Positions 28,785-40,644 of a DNA stretch of 64,000 bases are shown here, piece by piece. Below the pieces are notes generated by a model. The model saw only the letters and a program-made list of their open reading frames with translations. It had not been told where the DNA came from and made no database searches. Position 1 is the stretch's first letter; each line of letters opens with the position of its first letter. The stretch comes from an uncultured Candidatus Sumerlaeota bacterium (GTDB taxonomy: Bacteria; Sumerlaeota; Sumerlaeia; MWCT01; JAGHBZ01): NCBI GenBank assembly GCA_964608095.1, contig CAZSMK010000026.1:70664-134663 (forward strand), given 5' to 3'. The translations under genes were made by a program, and so were the position numbers.

Positions 28785-30245
28785 ATGAATTTACAATCCA
28801 GGGATTATGCGGATAAAGGTGTACTAAAACATACTAAGGGCGCAATGCGAGACTCGCTGCGTACCTTCTTTTTGAGTCTTTTCATAATCCTGACATTCAT
28901 AGTGGTGCTGGGGCAGGTTGCATCGAAGAACACGGAGAAAGCCACAGACACGCAGGATCAGGAGTTTAGAGAATTCGCAGAGGTTGTTGCCGAAGTCTAT
29001 GTAAAGATCAAAGAAAAGTATGTAACGGAGTTGGATAACGAGACCCTGATCAAGGGAGCGGTAGAGGGAATGATGGGGGCGCTCGACGGTAATAGCCAGT
29101 TTCTCGACACTGATCTGATCTCGCAACTCGAAAAGGATACCGGTGGAGAATTCTCGGGAATCGGGATACACATATCACTGCAGGATGGATTACTGACGGT
29201 TGTAGCCCCCATACCGGGCACCCCCGCCGCCGAAGAAGGGCTCCAGCCGTGGGATCGAATCATCGAGATCGACGGGAAATCAACCAAGGATATTACACTC
29301 CTCGAGGCGGTCAAGAAACTGACAGGACCCGCGGGAACACACGTGAGCGTCACCATCTACAGGGAAGGTGAAGAAGACCCCCTGTATTTCACTATCACAC
29401 GCGCGGTGATCAAAGTTCAGAGTGTGTATCATAAAGTCGTAGACTCCACAATCGGTTATATCCGCTTATCCCGTTTCAGCGAAAATACCGCAGAGAGTAT
29501 GCGCAAAGCCCTGGAAGACCTTAAAGCCCATGAGATCGAATCTCTCATCCTGGATTTACGATTCAATACAGGCGGGTTATTGACCGAAGCGGAAAAGGTA
29601 GCAGACCTGTTGGTGCCGAAAGGCGAACTCATCGTCTATACAGAGGGGCGAATGCCCAGCCAGAACAGAAAATATTTTGCCCGCGAAGAAGCCGTGCTCT
29701 CGGTTCCGACGGTGGTCCTCGTCAACAAGGGAAGCGCCAGCGCATCGGAGATTGTTGCCGGCGCGCTCAAAGATCATCACCTCGCTGTTATCCTTGCACC
29801 GAAAGGGCAGCGAACCTTCGGAAAAGGTTCGGTACAAACAATTGAAGAACTCGACCACCCCCTCGGCGTGGATGAAAACGGCAATCCTTTACCCTGTGCT
29901 ATTCGTCTTACTACGGCACATTATTATACCCCTGCAGGAGTAAATATCGAGGGAAAAGGCATTAAACCAGACGTCGTGGTTGATTTACCTGAAAAGCATG
30001 AGATAGAACTCCTAAAACATGGTCTTCTCGGTGAACCACGCTTGATACCCGAGGACGATGAGACAACCACTCAATCCGAGAACCAAGAGGAGAAATTCTA
30101 CATTGAAAAACTCAAACAAGACGAGAAAGAAAAAGAAGAAGAGTTCGTAGATATACAACTTCAGTTCGCCGTTGATCTTCTCAGGAGTCTTATGGTGCTG
30201 AGTAAAGCCGAATCATCTCTTCTTCCCGGAATGAACAGAAGTTAA
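28785..30245 (+). CDS. ctpA: Carboxyl-terminal processing peptidase, S41 family (Ctp) with PDZ domain
   Basis: A PDZ segment (GIGI..DG), catalytic-region LVNKGSASASEIVAGAL, and FGKGSVQ. It has an acidic C-terminal tail. Confidence 0.8.
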   Translation: MNLQSRDYADKGVLKHTKGAMRDSLRTFFLSLFIILTFIVVLGQVASKNTEKATDTQDQEFREFAEVVAEVYVKIKEKYVTELDNETLIKGAVEGMMGALDGNSQFLDTDLISQLEKDTGGEFSGIGIHISLQDGLLTVVAPIPGTPAAEEGLQPWDRIIEIDGKSTKDITLLEAVKKLTGPAGTHVSVTIYREGEEDPLYFTITRAVIKVQSVYHKVVDSTIGYIRLSRFSENTAESMRKALEDLKAHEIESLILDLRFNTGGLLTEAEKVADLLVPKGELIVYTEGRMPSQNRKYFAREEAVLSVPTVVLVNKGSASASEIVAGALKDHHLAVILAPKGQRTFGKGSVQTIEELDHPLGVDENGNPLPCAIRLTTAHYYTPAGVNIEGKGIKPDVVVDLPEKHEIELLKHGLLGEPRLIPEDDETTTQSENQEEKFYIEKLKQDEKEKEEEFVDIQLQFAVDLLRSLMVLSKAESSLLPGMNRS

Positions 30246-30387
30246 GAGAATTTAAGCAGCGAATATACTATGTCATTTCAAACTTTGTGAATGCTGCACA
30301 GGTCATGTTTGAAAGAGAGATAGTCGTATTCCGAGTTGAAGTGTTTTCGAGAGGTAAGTAAAGGGATTCATCCCTCCGGAGTAAAAA

Positions 30388-31710
30388 ATGAAGATAGTTA
30401 AATACATACTTGTTCTGATCACTATATTTTGTTTGATAGATGGAGTCTGGGCGCAAGAGAGCAGAAGAGAGACGTCTTCTAAAGATACCCAGCCAAAAGA
30501 CGAGGAAAAAAAACAACCTCCTGCTGCCGTCCCCTCCAAGATTCAAAGAAGAGGAACCAAGACAATACAACCCACATCGCGAAGCAGACGCGGCACGACC
30601 TCCAGAAAGGTTGCAACCAAAACATCGGGATTTATATCGACACTCAACATGAAACCAAATCTCGACAGCGCAGTGCTCTATCTATCACCTTTAGATATCA
30701 GAACCTCCGTGGGTAAGGAATTTGTGACTTCCCTTTCTTTGAGTAACCGCAATGCACAGACATTTGATCGGTTTTATGTTGTGCTTACGTATGATCCTGA
30801 CTTTCTTATGCCGCTTGGATTCAACGATGAAGCCCTTAAATCTATAATGACCGCCGCTCCCGCTGTATCGGTTCAGGAATCAGCAGGTGTCATAATATAC
30901 GAAGCAACGCTGAGAAAACCGATGAAAGCCACCAAACTCAAATTTTGCTTTATTAAGTGGCAAGCCCTCAAACCAACCGTGTTTACCCAAATCGGTTTCG
31001 GAAGCATAAACTCACACACGACTCGTATAACCAACGAGACGGGCAACGACATCCTCGGCGACCCATCGCTTCCGGACGATGGACTTCTTCCCACAAGTGT
31101 GACAATCTCAGGTATGCAATTTGCATCTGAGGAAGAGCCGCTTCCCGGTTTTTCCATCTATGGAACTTATCTCGGGGGTGGCGCCCCCGAACTTCCCGAA
31201 TTTGATTATGGCTTACACCTCTCTCTCATTCCCGAAAAAAACTCTGTCACGCAGGGTGAAGAATTCCTTGTTCACATTTACATATCAAATCCCCGCGAAC
31301 TCCCCTCAGATGACCTCGATCTTGTCATTCATTATGACCCTTCAGTATTCGAAGTGCTTGATTATGATGAAGGGAACTGGATTACACGAGGGATCAATAT
31401 TTTCGACGGACTCTATCACGATATATATCCATTCGATTATCAGATCAAGAATATGGTAATACCTTCCGAAGGGACGATTTATTATAGAATGGCAAGCACC
31501 GATGTCGATATTTTAACCGAACCGGGGACACTCGCCACTATCAAATTCCGCGCACGTAAGCCTCATGTGACCAGAGCCGTTACTTTCATGTTACCCTCGA
31601 ACGAACGAGATGATACAGGAAGCAGGATCAGCTTTGCCGACCAGGATGTCCTGGGCTCTCCCGATATCATCAACGACGGAGTGACAAACTGCCTGATTAA
31701 TGTGGATTAA
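30388..31710 (+). CDS. Hypothetical secreted protein (signal peptide, basic low-complexity N-region)
   Basis: 440 aa. It has an N-terminal signal and a RRGT/SR-rich segment. No confident domain call. Confidence 0.4.
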   Translation: MKIVKYILVLITIFCLIDGVWAQESRRETSSKDTQPKDEEKKQPPAAVPSKIQRRGTKTIQPTSRSRRGTTSRKVATKTSGFISTLNMKPNLDSAVLYLSPLDIRTSVGKEFVTSLSLSNRNAQTFDRFYVVLTYDPDFLMPLGFNDEALKSIMTAAPAVSVQESAGVIIYEATLRKPMKATKLKFCFIKWQALKPTVFTQIGFGSINSHTTRITNETGNDILGDPSLPDDGLLPTSVTISGMQFASEEEPLPGFSIYGTYLGGGAPELPEFDYGLHLSLIPEKNSVTQGEEFLVHIYISNPRELPSDDLDLVIHYDPSVFEVLDYDEGNWITRGINIFDGLYHDIYPFDYQIKNMVIPSEGTIYYRMASTDVDILTEPGTLATIKFRARKPHVTRAVTFMLPSNERDDTGSRISFADQDVLGSPDIINDGVTNCLINVD

Positions 31711-31842
31711 CTTACCAAATTTACCCGGTACGGAAGGGTATAAAAGGTCGAAAATCCCTCTTCATGTAGATATTCGGTAGTTTTCTCAGGGATGGGTGTT
31801 TTTATCCTTGCCTGATGATATTTCAAATAGAGGGAGAGGTGA

Positions 31843-32631
31843 TTACGTCAACTTCTCGAGATTTGCGAGATGCTTACGGGCTCGATCTATATGCTTTCGA
31901 TCTTGTTTTTTCTGGCTTAACTCGAGCACTTTTGCCCATTGTTCCACTGCCTTGGTCTGCCATGATGGTTTCTTCTCGTATACGATAGCAAGGTTATTAT
32001 GCGCAGGGAGGTACTCGGGATCGATCTGCAATGCCCGGAGGTATTGCTCAACTGCTTTCTCATACTCACCTCGGCGAATATATTCAACCGCGGACTGGCA
32101 ATAATCCTTTATGATATCGTCATCGGTCTTCAGGGTAGCAGGCATCGGCTCTGAGGATGGTTGTTCTGAAGGAACTTGATTAGGAACAGATTCTTCATCC
32201 GATTCCGCCGGCGCTGAGCTTCCTACACTTGAAATATCCACCGGAACACCCTCTTCCTCCTCTTCAGGTAACTTAAACACATATTCCGGCAGCGTCAACG
32301 ATGCCTTGAGAAGCTCTGCTTCAGCACCGTCTATAATATCGAAAATACTGTCGAGCTTGGATACTTCAAGGATGTCGGCAAACTTGTTGGATGGGGAGAC
32401 GATAACAACGCGGGTCTTATTCTTGTTTGCAGTCATCTTGAGTCCGACGAGAACTCCCAAACCCGCACTGTCTACAAAATCGACATTAGAAAAGTCCATG
32501 TAAACAATGTTAATGCCTTTATCGATCAATGTAGTTATCGAGTTTTTCAACTTTTCGCATTGATCGAGAAGTATCCTGCCCGCAATTTCTACATACACAT
32601 TATGGTCTGACTTGTAAATTTTTAGTTCCAT
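31843..32631 (-). CDS. STAS-domain (anti-sigma-factor antagonist-like) protein fused to TPR repeats
   Basis: The N-terminal LDFSNVDFVDSAGLGVLVGL is SpoIIAA-like. The C-terminal YEKAVEQYLRALQIDPEY is TPR. Confidence 0.6.
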   Translation of the reverse strand: MELKIYKSDHNVYVEIAGRILLDQCEKLKNSITTLIDKGINIVYMDFSNVDFVDSAGLGVLVGLKMTANKNKTRVVIVSPSNKFADILEVSKLDSIFDIIDGAEAELLKASLTLPEYVFKLPEEEEEGVPVDISSVGSSAPAESDEESVPNQVPSEQPSSEPMPATLKTDDDIIKDYCQSAVEYIRRGEYEKAVEQYLRALQIDPEYLPAHNNLAIVYEKKPSWQTKAVEQWAKVLELSQKKQDRKHIDRARKHLANLEKLT

Positions 32632-32675
32632 TTGTGTCCTGCGCTTCTCCTTTGGTGTTATACATCAATAAAACG

Positions 32676-32867
32676 CTACTCTGTTTCTTGTGTATGTGTA
32701 ATCTTTTCAGCCTTATCGACACGAAGTTGCGGGATATCATCTATAACGTGATATCGAAGACTGCATGCGCGGCAGTCCAACCATTCTTTCTCGTCCGTGA
32801 CACGGTGCTCAAGAGGTCCTTTGCACTTCGGACAGACGAGAAGTTCGAGCAGTTTCGGTGATATCAT
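32676..32867 (-). CDS. Trm112/UPF0434 family small zinc-ribbon protein
   Basis: LLELLVCPKCKGPL...CRAC...Y.VIDDIPQL across 63 aa. Confidence 0.7.
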   Translation of the reverse strand: MISPKLLELLVCPKCKGPLEHRVTDEKEWLDCRACSLRYHVIDDIPQLRVDKAEKITHTQETE

Positions 32868-32881
32868 ATACGCTTTCCCTC

Positions 32882-34123
32882 CTATAAAGAAACGAGTATA
32901 CCCACAACCTGCGCAGTGACGTTAATGGTGGTGATGACTTCAACGTTGGCTTCAGCAACTGAACGGATAGCAATATCATCGATCTCATAGGTCGATTTAC
33001 AATGGGTCAGTTCATAAAGGAAGCGAGATGACGCAAGGTTCGTTGCTTTGTAGCGTAGTTTAACAGGAACAATATTATATAAGGGTTTGGTGATCTCCTG
33101 TGGTTCAGGAGCCAAAATGCCTTCCATGGCTCCGGGAGGCAGTCCTCCGAATTCAAACATCATTTCAGGCGGAATTTCAGGACTAAATTCGGGAGGCATG
33201 CCCTCGGGTCCCACTCGTGCCCCAGCCGGCTGTTCCGCTCCCTCTACTTCTTCAACTTCAGCCACCGTATATGCATAATCCGGGCCCGGGTCTTCAATTA
33301 AGGTCACAGACACAATCTCATCAACATTGTTTTCTTCTGCACGATCGAGAATATCCATCAAGAATTCCAACTGCCGATTTACCATATACGCTGTGCCCAC
33401 GTTTATGTCTATTCGTAAAAGTTCATAGAGTTCATCAATCGTAATTTTATATTCTCTCGGTTTCTCGCGGAGTATCAGTTCCGCATGTGCCATGAGTTTT
33501 AATTGTGACACCACAGAACCGAACTCCTTTATCTGTTCCAATTTTGCCATATCTATGCCGATTCTGCCCATAAAGTCACGATATTCACTTTCCGCCTGGG
33601 CAAGGACAGTGGGACTGTCTCTACTGATGTTAATAATGCTTTGAACATTATCGATCTTGGATATAACATCCCATAGGTTAACACGCTGTTTTGCGATATC
33701 TTCCGGGAGCTCGAGAGGAAAGTCCCATCCATCTTCGCCAAGAAAGGTCAGTGCAACGCTCGACTCCTTCTGCCGCCGCATTAATTCCTGGACATATCCT
33801 CTTCGGATTTCGCGTATTTGGGCAAAATTTTCCGGGTCGCCTGGATTAAAGTAAATCTTGGGCGCATCGAGATTGAGCGTCTCGAGAATGTCCAAAAACT
33901 CCTTGTTCAGCTCTTCGGTCTCCTCGCTGTAACTCTTCAACTTTATGGGAGAAATATTCCTCATCTGATTATAATTGCTCTTTGCATTCTCCATTTCTTT
34001 CTTTGCACGGGAATATTCCTGTGCCTTATTGGAAAACACGAAGAAGTGCAGGCCTGCAATGACAAAGATAGCTACTATACTTATAATGACAATCTTTTCT
34101 CTATTTCCAGGAGTAAACGCCAT
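32882..34123 (-). CDS. Hypothetical N-terminally membrane-anchored protein with coiled-coil and Pro-rich regions (PilO/GspM-like architecture)
   Basis: It has a single N-terminal TM, a coiled-coil, a PE-rich segment and a C-terminal beta domain. No firm family call. Confidence 0.4.
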   Translation of the reverse strand: MAFTPGNREKIVIISIVAIFVIAGLHFFVFSNKAQEYSRAKKEMENAKSNYNQMRNISPIKLKSYSEETEELNKEFLDILETLNLDAPKIYFNPGDPENFAQIREIRRGYVQELMRRQKESSVALTFLGEDGWDFPLELPEDIAKQRVNLWDVISKIDNVQSIINISRDSPTVLAQAESEYRDFMGRIGIDMAKLEQIKEFGSVVSQLKLMAHAELILREKPREYKITIDELYELLRIDINVGTAYMVNRQLEFLMDILDRAEENNVDEIVSVTLIEDPGPDYAYTVAEVEEVEGAEQPAGARVGPEGMPPEFSPEIPPEMMFEFGGLPPGAMEGILAPEPQEITKPLYNIVPVKLRYKATNLASSRFLYELTHCKSTYEIDDIAIRSVAEANVEVITTINVTAQVVGILVSL

Positions 34124-34521
34124 TTTTCTTCCTCTTCTTTAGAGAATATACAAGCCTCAAAAAAACCATATAACTTATGATTGGGTATAAATTCTTTATG
34201 CACTATAAGAGGCGACTTTGTCAAATGAAAAACCTCACCTGCTCGATGATGAATCTGGATGCTCTGACCCCTGAATATAAAGCGGAGGTGTTGTAGAGCA
34301 CGCTGTATGTCCGTAGTGACTATTCCCTTACAAGCCGTCGGCGACCACCCCTCGGTTGCGAGTGCGAATTCGAGTGCACGTATATAATATATATTGGGCT
34401 TTTACGAGACATCAGCCACAAGAGTTTCGTAGAGCTACCTCACCCTCTTTCCCGAATGGCTCAATTCGAGCAGATCCCGAATTCTTCATCCACACACAAG
34501 ATATAATGTTCCTAATCGGTG

Positions 34522-35916
34522 TCAGGTACCTATCTCCCAGGAGACAAGATATTTTTGTTGCTGTTTAGTCAATTTATCAATCTTGACTCCCATCGAATAC
34601 AGTTTCAAGCGGGCAATCTCCTCATCGATATCAGTAGGGACGCCATAGACCTTATTCTCGAGTTTTTTAGCGTTATCTTTAAGGTAACAGGCGCACATCG
34701 CCTGATTGGCAAAGGACATATCCATCACACATGCAGGATGTCCCTCTGCACTGGAGAGATTGATCAACCGTCCTTCTGCAAGAACATAGATGTTTTTGCC
34801 GTTCTCAAGGGTGTATTCCGTGACATAGGGACGCATAGATCTGGTGTTCTTACTGATGTTTGCCAGTTTTTTGAGATTGATCTCGACATCGAAATGACCG
34901 GCGTTGCATACGATGGCGCCGTCTTTCATTTTTTGAAAATGTGTGATGTCAATGACGTTGATGTCGCCGCTCACCGTCACGAAAATATCGGCTTGCGGCG
35001 CCGCTTCCTCGAGGGGCATAACACGATATCCGTCCATCACCGCCTCAAGCGCGCGAAGTGGATCGACTTCTGTAATGATGACATTGGCGCCCATTCCACG
35101 AGCCCGTGTCGCCACGCCGCGTCCACACCACCCATAGCCGCAGACCACCACGTTACTCCCCGCAAAAAGGCGGTTGGTCGCACGTAATATACCATCCACC
35201 GTCGATTGCCCCGTGCCATATCTATTATCGAATAGGTGCTTGGTTTGAGCCTCATTAACGGCAATCACCGGAAAACGCAACACTCCATCACGTTCCATAG
35301 CACGGAGCCGAATAACACCCGTCGTGGTCTCTTCGCTGCTGCCAATTACGCCTTTGAGCAGTTTCTCCGCTTGCTCCGCACTCAGCGATTTGAACCATTT
35401 GAGAACCGGTTTCGGTATTGCCTTGAAATTCTTGGTGGCGATAAATTGCAATGCAGAGACTAAATCCGCTCCGTCGTCCATCGTAATCCGTGGAAAATGT
35501 GCCAATGCCGCCACAATATGATCGTAATAAGTCGTGGTGTTCTCGCCTTTAATAGCGAATACGGGAATGTGATAATATTTAACCAGGGCTGCCGCTACAT
35601 CATCCTGGGTACTCAAGGGATTTGAAGCACAAAGAACCGGCTCCGCCCCTGCCGATTTGAGCGTAAGCATTAGATTCGCCGTCTCCGTAGTCACATGTAG
35701 ACAACAACTCATTTTCATGCCTTTGAGAGGTTTGCTCCGTGCAAACCGTGCCCTGATCTTTTTAAGTACTGGCATGTCCTTTTCAGCCCACTCTATACGT
35801 CTTTTCCCATCTTCTGCAAGATCCAGATTCTTCACATCATATTTCATTATACTTTTCTCCTCGCTTGAGTTTATTAAAGAATCAACATTGTCTACTTTCA
35901 CATCACCTGGTTTCAA
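34522..35916 (-). CDS. ahcY: Adenosylhomocysteinase
   Basis: N-terminal [24 protein letters not shown] and an NAD-binding GYGWCGRG-type motif. 464 aa. Confidence 0.9.
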   Translation of the reverse strand: MKPGDVKVDNVDSLINSSEEKSIMKYDVKNLDLAEDGKRRIEWAEKDMPVLKKIRARFARSKPLKGMKMSCCLHVTTETANLMLTLKSAGAEPVLCASNPLSTQDDVAAALVKYYHIPVFAIKGENTTTYYDHIVAALAHFPRITMDDGADLVSALQFIATKNFKAIPKPVLKWFKSLSAEQAEKLLKGVIGSSEETTTGVIRLRAMERDGVLRFPVIAVNEAQTKHLFDNRYGTGQSTVDGILRATNRLFAGSNVVVCGYGWCGRGVATRARGMGANVIITEVDPLRALEAVMDGYRVMPLEEAAPQADIFVTVSGDINVIDITHFQKMKDGAIVCNAGHFDVEINLKKLANISKNTRSMRPYVTEYTLENGKNIYVLAEGRLINLSSAEGHPACVMDMSFANQAMCACYLKDNAKKLENKVYGVPTDIDEEIARLKLYSMGVKIDKLTKQQQKYLVSWEIGT

Positions 35917-37102
35917 GCATGTTTTTAAAAAAACTTATAACACCCGAGTCCTTTACATGTTAGAGCCGACCTTCATTCATAAGAACCTCGAGATCACACC
36001 TCGATAAGCTCCCCGGCTATGATACCATTTGGAACTCGTCCAGAACTGGCACCTCCAATTACCCATCAGAAGTAGTATTGATACCGGACCGTTCAGGACA
36101 AGTCACCGCTCTCTTTGCAGTCGCTTATGTTAATGCATGGCGATAACACCAACACCTGAGATAGTCTTTCATCTCACTTGTCAAGCCATGTTGATAAGGC
36201 GCACAACCAGTTATGCGTGCACTATAACATGTGCATGCACAACAAGATGTGCCTCCACTTTTAAAACGTACGCACATGCTTCGTCATGCGGTGCAGGAAC
36301 AAATATCATACTTCGTTCTGAATTATTTCGGAACCATGACCTGACAGGCGAGTATGAATATGTGAGATATCCTATTATTTGCATCTCGTCCTCTATTTTC
36401 CATCTTGTATTATTGGTCTATAAAGAAGCATAAGACAAGGCTGGTAATTTGCATTTTGCAATCATCATTGTTTGCATTTTGCAATTTATTGCCCTTTTTC
36501 CTTCGACTTCCACTCGGTAAGGTGAACGGAAAAACACACATAAACAATTGATAATAAAAGAGATATGTACCAAAAGGTGATTATGGCAAATTCGGGCATG
36601 GATATTGCTCTTTTTATCTGTGAAAGGGATGTGACGTATGCATAAATACAAATGCATAGTAAAGTATGGCCATATTGGCAGCGGTAAGTATTTAGAAAGG
36701 GCTGTGTATGTACAGGCTCGTTCTATTACTGAAGCCATGGCAAAAGCCAAATTGCTGGGTGGCGTGAAAAAAGGTAATTTGATGAAAACGGGCGCAAGTA
36801 TTTTGTCCGTTTCTCCTCAGTGGTGAGTGGATTTTTTGCAGTAACTTCCGTGAATTAATCGTCTCTTTTTTTAAAGAGAAGAAGAGACCTATTTTTACTT
36901 CTATCGTGCCCTTACTTAATTGCCATCCATCTGAGGGCTTTTCTATTATGGCGTAACTTTTTTCGTAACATTGCGATCGGCACACCGGCTAAAGCGCAAC
37001 CCATCAACTAACCCCTCACACCCCTCAATCCATAATTTTCCCGGAAAAATCATTGTGCGGAAACAGTGAATGAAGGTTCCTGCAGGAGAGGCCATCTTAC
37101 AT

Positions 37103-37483
37103 TCAAAAAAGTACGGTCATTCCTTGCGTCCTGAACACATAAAGAATAAACATGGTAAAAACAGAAAGGATGACAGAGAAGGTAAGTGCGATTGGAAGGT
37201 TCTCAATAAAAAAATCAGGAATGAAATAGGACGAGATATGAAACATGAGGCCGTTGAACACGATACAGAGTGCGAACAAGACCTCAGGTGTCTGAGGAAA
37301 TCCAAGTAATCCGGCTATTTCAGCGATAAACACATTTACGGGCGCAATCACCAACGCCACCATGATTATAGGAGCGAGCCCGATTATGCGGACACTCTGC
37401 CGGAAAAATAGCCGGATAATATAAATACCGGCGACGGTAATAAACCATCTGGCTATAAGGGCTTCGAAAACATCAGATGACAT
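37103..37483 (-). CDS. Small hypothetical membrane protein (3-4 TM)
   Basis: 126 aa with long hydrophobic stretches. It lies in an otherwise low-coding 2.2-kb gap. Confidence 0.3.
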   Translation of the reverse strand: MSSDVFEALIARWFITVAGIYIIRLFFRQSVRIIGLAPIIMVALVIAPVNVFIAEIAGLLGFPQTPEVLFALCIVFNGLMFHISSYFIPDFFIENLPIALTFSVILSVFTMFILYVFRTQGMTVLF

Positions 37484-38166
37484 TTTCCGGTTTTATCTCT
37501 TCCTCTGCTATAAAGATAATGCGGCTATCATAGTATGGTCTTTTCCCTCTTTCAATAGTAAAACAGGAGAGATATCCAATGCTACGCTTACGCTAAGGAT
37601 ACACATATCTTTACTTTGGAGAATATTCAAAACAAGAAGGAATGCAGGAGATAGTGTTACAATTTCTTATTGAGAGTTCCGAAGATAGTTGAGATGAACC
37701 TATCGGGATAACTCGCTCGATAAAGGACAGAAGAATGCATTCTGTCGCATCCCCCTGGACAATCTCAGGGGACAGACGGAGGCTGGTATAAGTGTGAAAA
37801 AGGAGCAATCTATTATCCGTCATATCTCTTGTCCTCTTAGTCGTTGTTCATTAAACAGCTCGTACCGTACCCACAGCATTTCAGTTTCATACACACCACT
37901 GTATCGTTCAGGGTTCTGCGCTCTCAGAAATGTCTCTACTGAACTCCTTATTTATACAATACCGAATACCCGGGATTTTTTTCTTGAGTTAGACCGGCTT
38001 TATTTGATATAAAATTGCGGATTTTGCTCACGTAAACCACCAAAGGTAACATGAGCCAGCTCACACACCGTCGTATGCCGTTGTGGTGCAGTGATACTGG
38101 TAGTCACTGTTGCAGCGGCAGATGATGATGGTGGAGGAATAACCAAAAGAAAAGGAGATAAAACCA

Positions 38167-39138
38167 ATGCCAGAAATCAACATGAAACAACTACTCGAAG
38201 CGGGGGTTCATTTTGGTCATCAACGTCGCCGGTGGAATCCCAAAATGGCGGATTACATCTACACCGAGCGCAACGGAATCTTCATCATCGACCTTAAAAA
38301 GACCGTTAACCTTTTAAAAGAAGCATGCGATTCTGTTCGTGAGGTCGTTGCCCGGGGTCAACGCGTGCTTTTCGTCGGGACCAAGAAGCAAAGCCGTGAC
38401 ATCATTGAAGAGGCTGCAAAAAATTGCACCATGCACTGGGTCAATAATCGGTGGCTGGGTGGATTGTTGACCAACTTCCGTACCGTCCGCAAAAGCGTCA
38501 AACGCTATATTGAACTGGAAAAGTTGTTTGAAGACGGTACCATTGAGCAGTATTCCAAGAAAGAACGGAGTCGACTTCTCCATGAAAAGAATAAACTGGA
38601 GAAGAACCTGATAGGCGTAAAGACCATGGAGCAACTCCCGGGCATTCTTTATGTCGTGGACACCCATAAAGAACGCATCGCAGTTCGTGAAGCAAGAAAG
38701 CTGCAAATTCCCGTCGTGGCAATTGTTGACACTAATTGCGATCCGGATATGGTTGACTTCATAATCCCGGGCAACGATGACGCCATCAGATCCATCAAAC
38801 TCATAACCGACCACATCATGATGGCTGCCCAGGAAGGATTAGTCCAGCGCGGGGAAGAAGTAGACGTAGCGGCTATGGCAAAGGCAGAGTCCGAAGCCGG
38901 CGCTGAAGGGCTTGAAAATAAATACGAGGAATATATTTCCGAGACCGAAGATATCGCTGACTATGGACGTGAAGCTCGCGAGTCTCTGTCTCCTTCCTCT
39001 CGGGAAGAAGAAAAGATCAAAGAAGAAGGCAGCAATGAGGAGATAGAATCAACACAACCCCCATCCTCCAGTCCGGAAGAACCATCGGAAAAGGGAGATG
39101 CTCAAGTAGAGGAAGACAAGGAACGTGACAAATCGTAA
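38167..39138 (+). CDS. rpsB: 30S ribosomal protein S2 with an ~70-aa acidic C-terminal extension
   Basis: [27 protein letters not shown]. An AAGGAG RBS lies 8 nt upstream. The tail is E/S/P-rich. Confidence 0.9.
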   Translation: MPEINMKQLLEAGVHFGHQRRRWNPKMADYIYTERNGIFIIDLKKTVNLLKEACDSVREVVARGQRVLFVGTKKQSRDIIEEAAKNCTMHWVNNRWLGGLLTNFRTVRKSVKRYIELEKLFEDGTIEQYSKKERSRLLHEKNKLEKNLIGVKTMEQLPGILYVVDTHKERIAVREARKLQIPVVAIVDTNCDPDMVDFIIPGNDDAIRSIKLITDHIMMAAQEGLVQRGEEVDVAAMAKAESEAGAEGLENKYEEYISETEDIADYGREARESLSPSSREEEKIKEEGSNEEIESTQPPSSSPEEPSEKGDAQVEEDKERDKS

Positions 39139-39195
39139 ATCCCCCCTTTACTATGCGTCCCGGGGTATATCTTAAATCAGAGGAGAGTAAAAAAA

Positions 39196-39804
39196 GTGAG
39201 TATACGTGCAGAAGCAGTCAAGGAACTACGTCAACGCAGCGGCGCGGGCATTATGGATTGTAAAAAAGCCTTACAAGAGACAGATGGTGATCTCGAGAAA
39301 GCACTCGACATTTTGCGTAAACGAGGCAAAGAGATCGCCGCGAAGAAATCCATGAGAAAAGCCTCTGAGGGTCTTATCTTTGCCTATGTCCATCCACCCG
39401 GAAAAGTGGGAACCTTGATCGAGTTGAATTGTGAATCGGATTTTGTGGCGAAAAATGAATCGTTCCAGAACCTCGCCAAAGACCTTGCCATGCACATTAC
39501 GGCAATGGCGCCCGAGTATCTTACCCGTGACGACGTGCCACAAAACATCATCGAGCAAATGAAAGAAGGGTATGAAGAACAGGCGCGTAATGAGAAGAAA
39601 CCCCAAAAAGCAATCCAGAAAATCGTCGACGGTAAACTCGACCGTTTTCTTTCTGAGCGATGCCTTACCGAGCAGCCTTTTATTAAAGACCCGGATAAAA
39701 GCATCAACGACCTGATCCAGGAGCATATAGCCTTGCTGGGCGAAAATATCGTTTTGCGGCGCTTTGTTCGTTTCAGCGTCGGTGAAGATGACGAACATGC
39801 ATGA
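39196..39804 (+). CDS. tsf: Elongation factor Ts (short form)
   Basis: N-terminal VKELRQRSGAGIMDCKKAL and the LIELNCESDFVAKN motif. Confidence 0.9.
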   Translation: MSIRAEAVKELRQRSGAGIMDCKKALQETDGDLEKALDILRKRGKEIAAKKSMRKASEGLIFAYVHPPGKVGTLIELNCESDFVAKNESFQNLAKDLAMHITAMAPEYLTRDDVPQNIIEQMKEGYEEQARNEKKPQKAIQKIVDGKLDRFLSERCLTEQPFIKDPDKSINDLIQEHIALLGENIVLRRFVRFSVGEDDEHA

Positions 39805-39912
39805 AGTTTCTCAATACCATTTTTTTCGGTACAAATGGAAATCTACCGATATATATAATATACATCGTCGGGAGAAATCGAACTCAGATGTCTCCCCGCA
39901 GGAGATTAAAGT

Positions 39913-40641
39913 ATGAGCGGTCAAAAGATTAAATATCAACGCGTACTTCTCAAACTCAGCGGGGAAATGTTTAAAGGAACCGGGGAATTCGGTCTTGATC
40001 GTCCCTTTGTTGAACGTATTTCCAAAGAGATTATTGACCTTCTCAGCCAGAAAGTCGAGATAGGACTTGTCATTGGCGGTGGGAATATATTTCGAGGCAA
40101 CAGTGAAGCGGCACGGGGGATGAACCGAGTAGTTGCTGATCATATCGGCATGGTCGCGACCATGGTTAACTCGCTTTTTCTTCAGGACACGCTCGAACGA
40201 CAGGGTGCCGAGACACGGGTATTGTCCGCTATCGATATGCAGGCGTTTGCAGAACCCTACATTCGTCGCCGTGCGCTGCGACATCTCGAAAAAGGCAGAG
40301 TGGTCATTTTCGCCTGCGGAACCGGCAATCCGTTTTTTACCACCGATACCGCCGCTGCACTTCGCGCAAATGAAATCGAAGCGGAAGTGCTTCTTAAAGG
40401 GACAAAAGTCGACGGCGTTTTTTCAGAAGACCCGCAACATTCCTCCGATGCGCATTTCTTCTCTACCATATCATACTCAGAGATGCTGCGAAAACATCTG
40501 AAAGTCATTGACGCTACGGCTATATCCCTTTGTGAAGAAAACGATCTACCCATAATCGTATTCAATCTCCTTACGAAAGGTAATATAAGGCGCATTATCC
40601 TGGGAGAAAACATCGGCACATTAATCCAAAAGGGAGCATGA
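39913..40641 (+). CDS. pyrH: UMP kinase
   Basis: YQRVLLKLSGEMF and the GGGNIFRG motif. Confidence 0.9.
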   Translation: MSGQKIKYQRVLLKLSGEMFKGTGEFGLDRPFVERISKEIIDLLSQKVEIGLVIGGGNIFRGNSEAARGMNRVVADHIGMVATMVNSLFLQDTLERQGAETRVLSAIDMQAFAEPYIRRRALRHLEKGRVVIFACGTGNPFFTTDTAAALRANEIEAEVLLKGTKVDGVFSEDPQHSSDAHFFSTISYSEMLRKHLKVIDATAISLCEENDLPIIVFNLLTKGNIRRIILGENIGTLIQKGA

Positions 40642-40644
40642 CCA

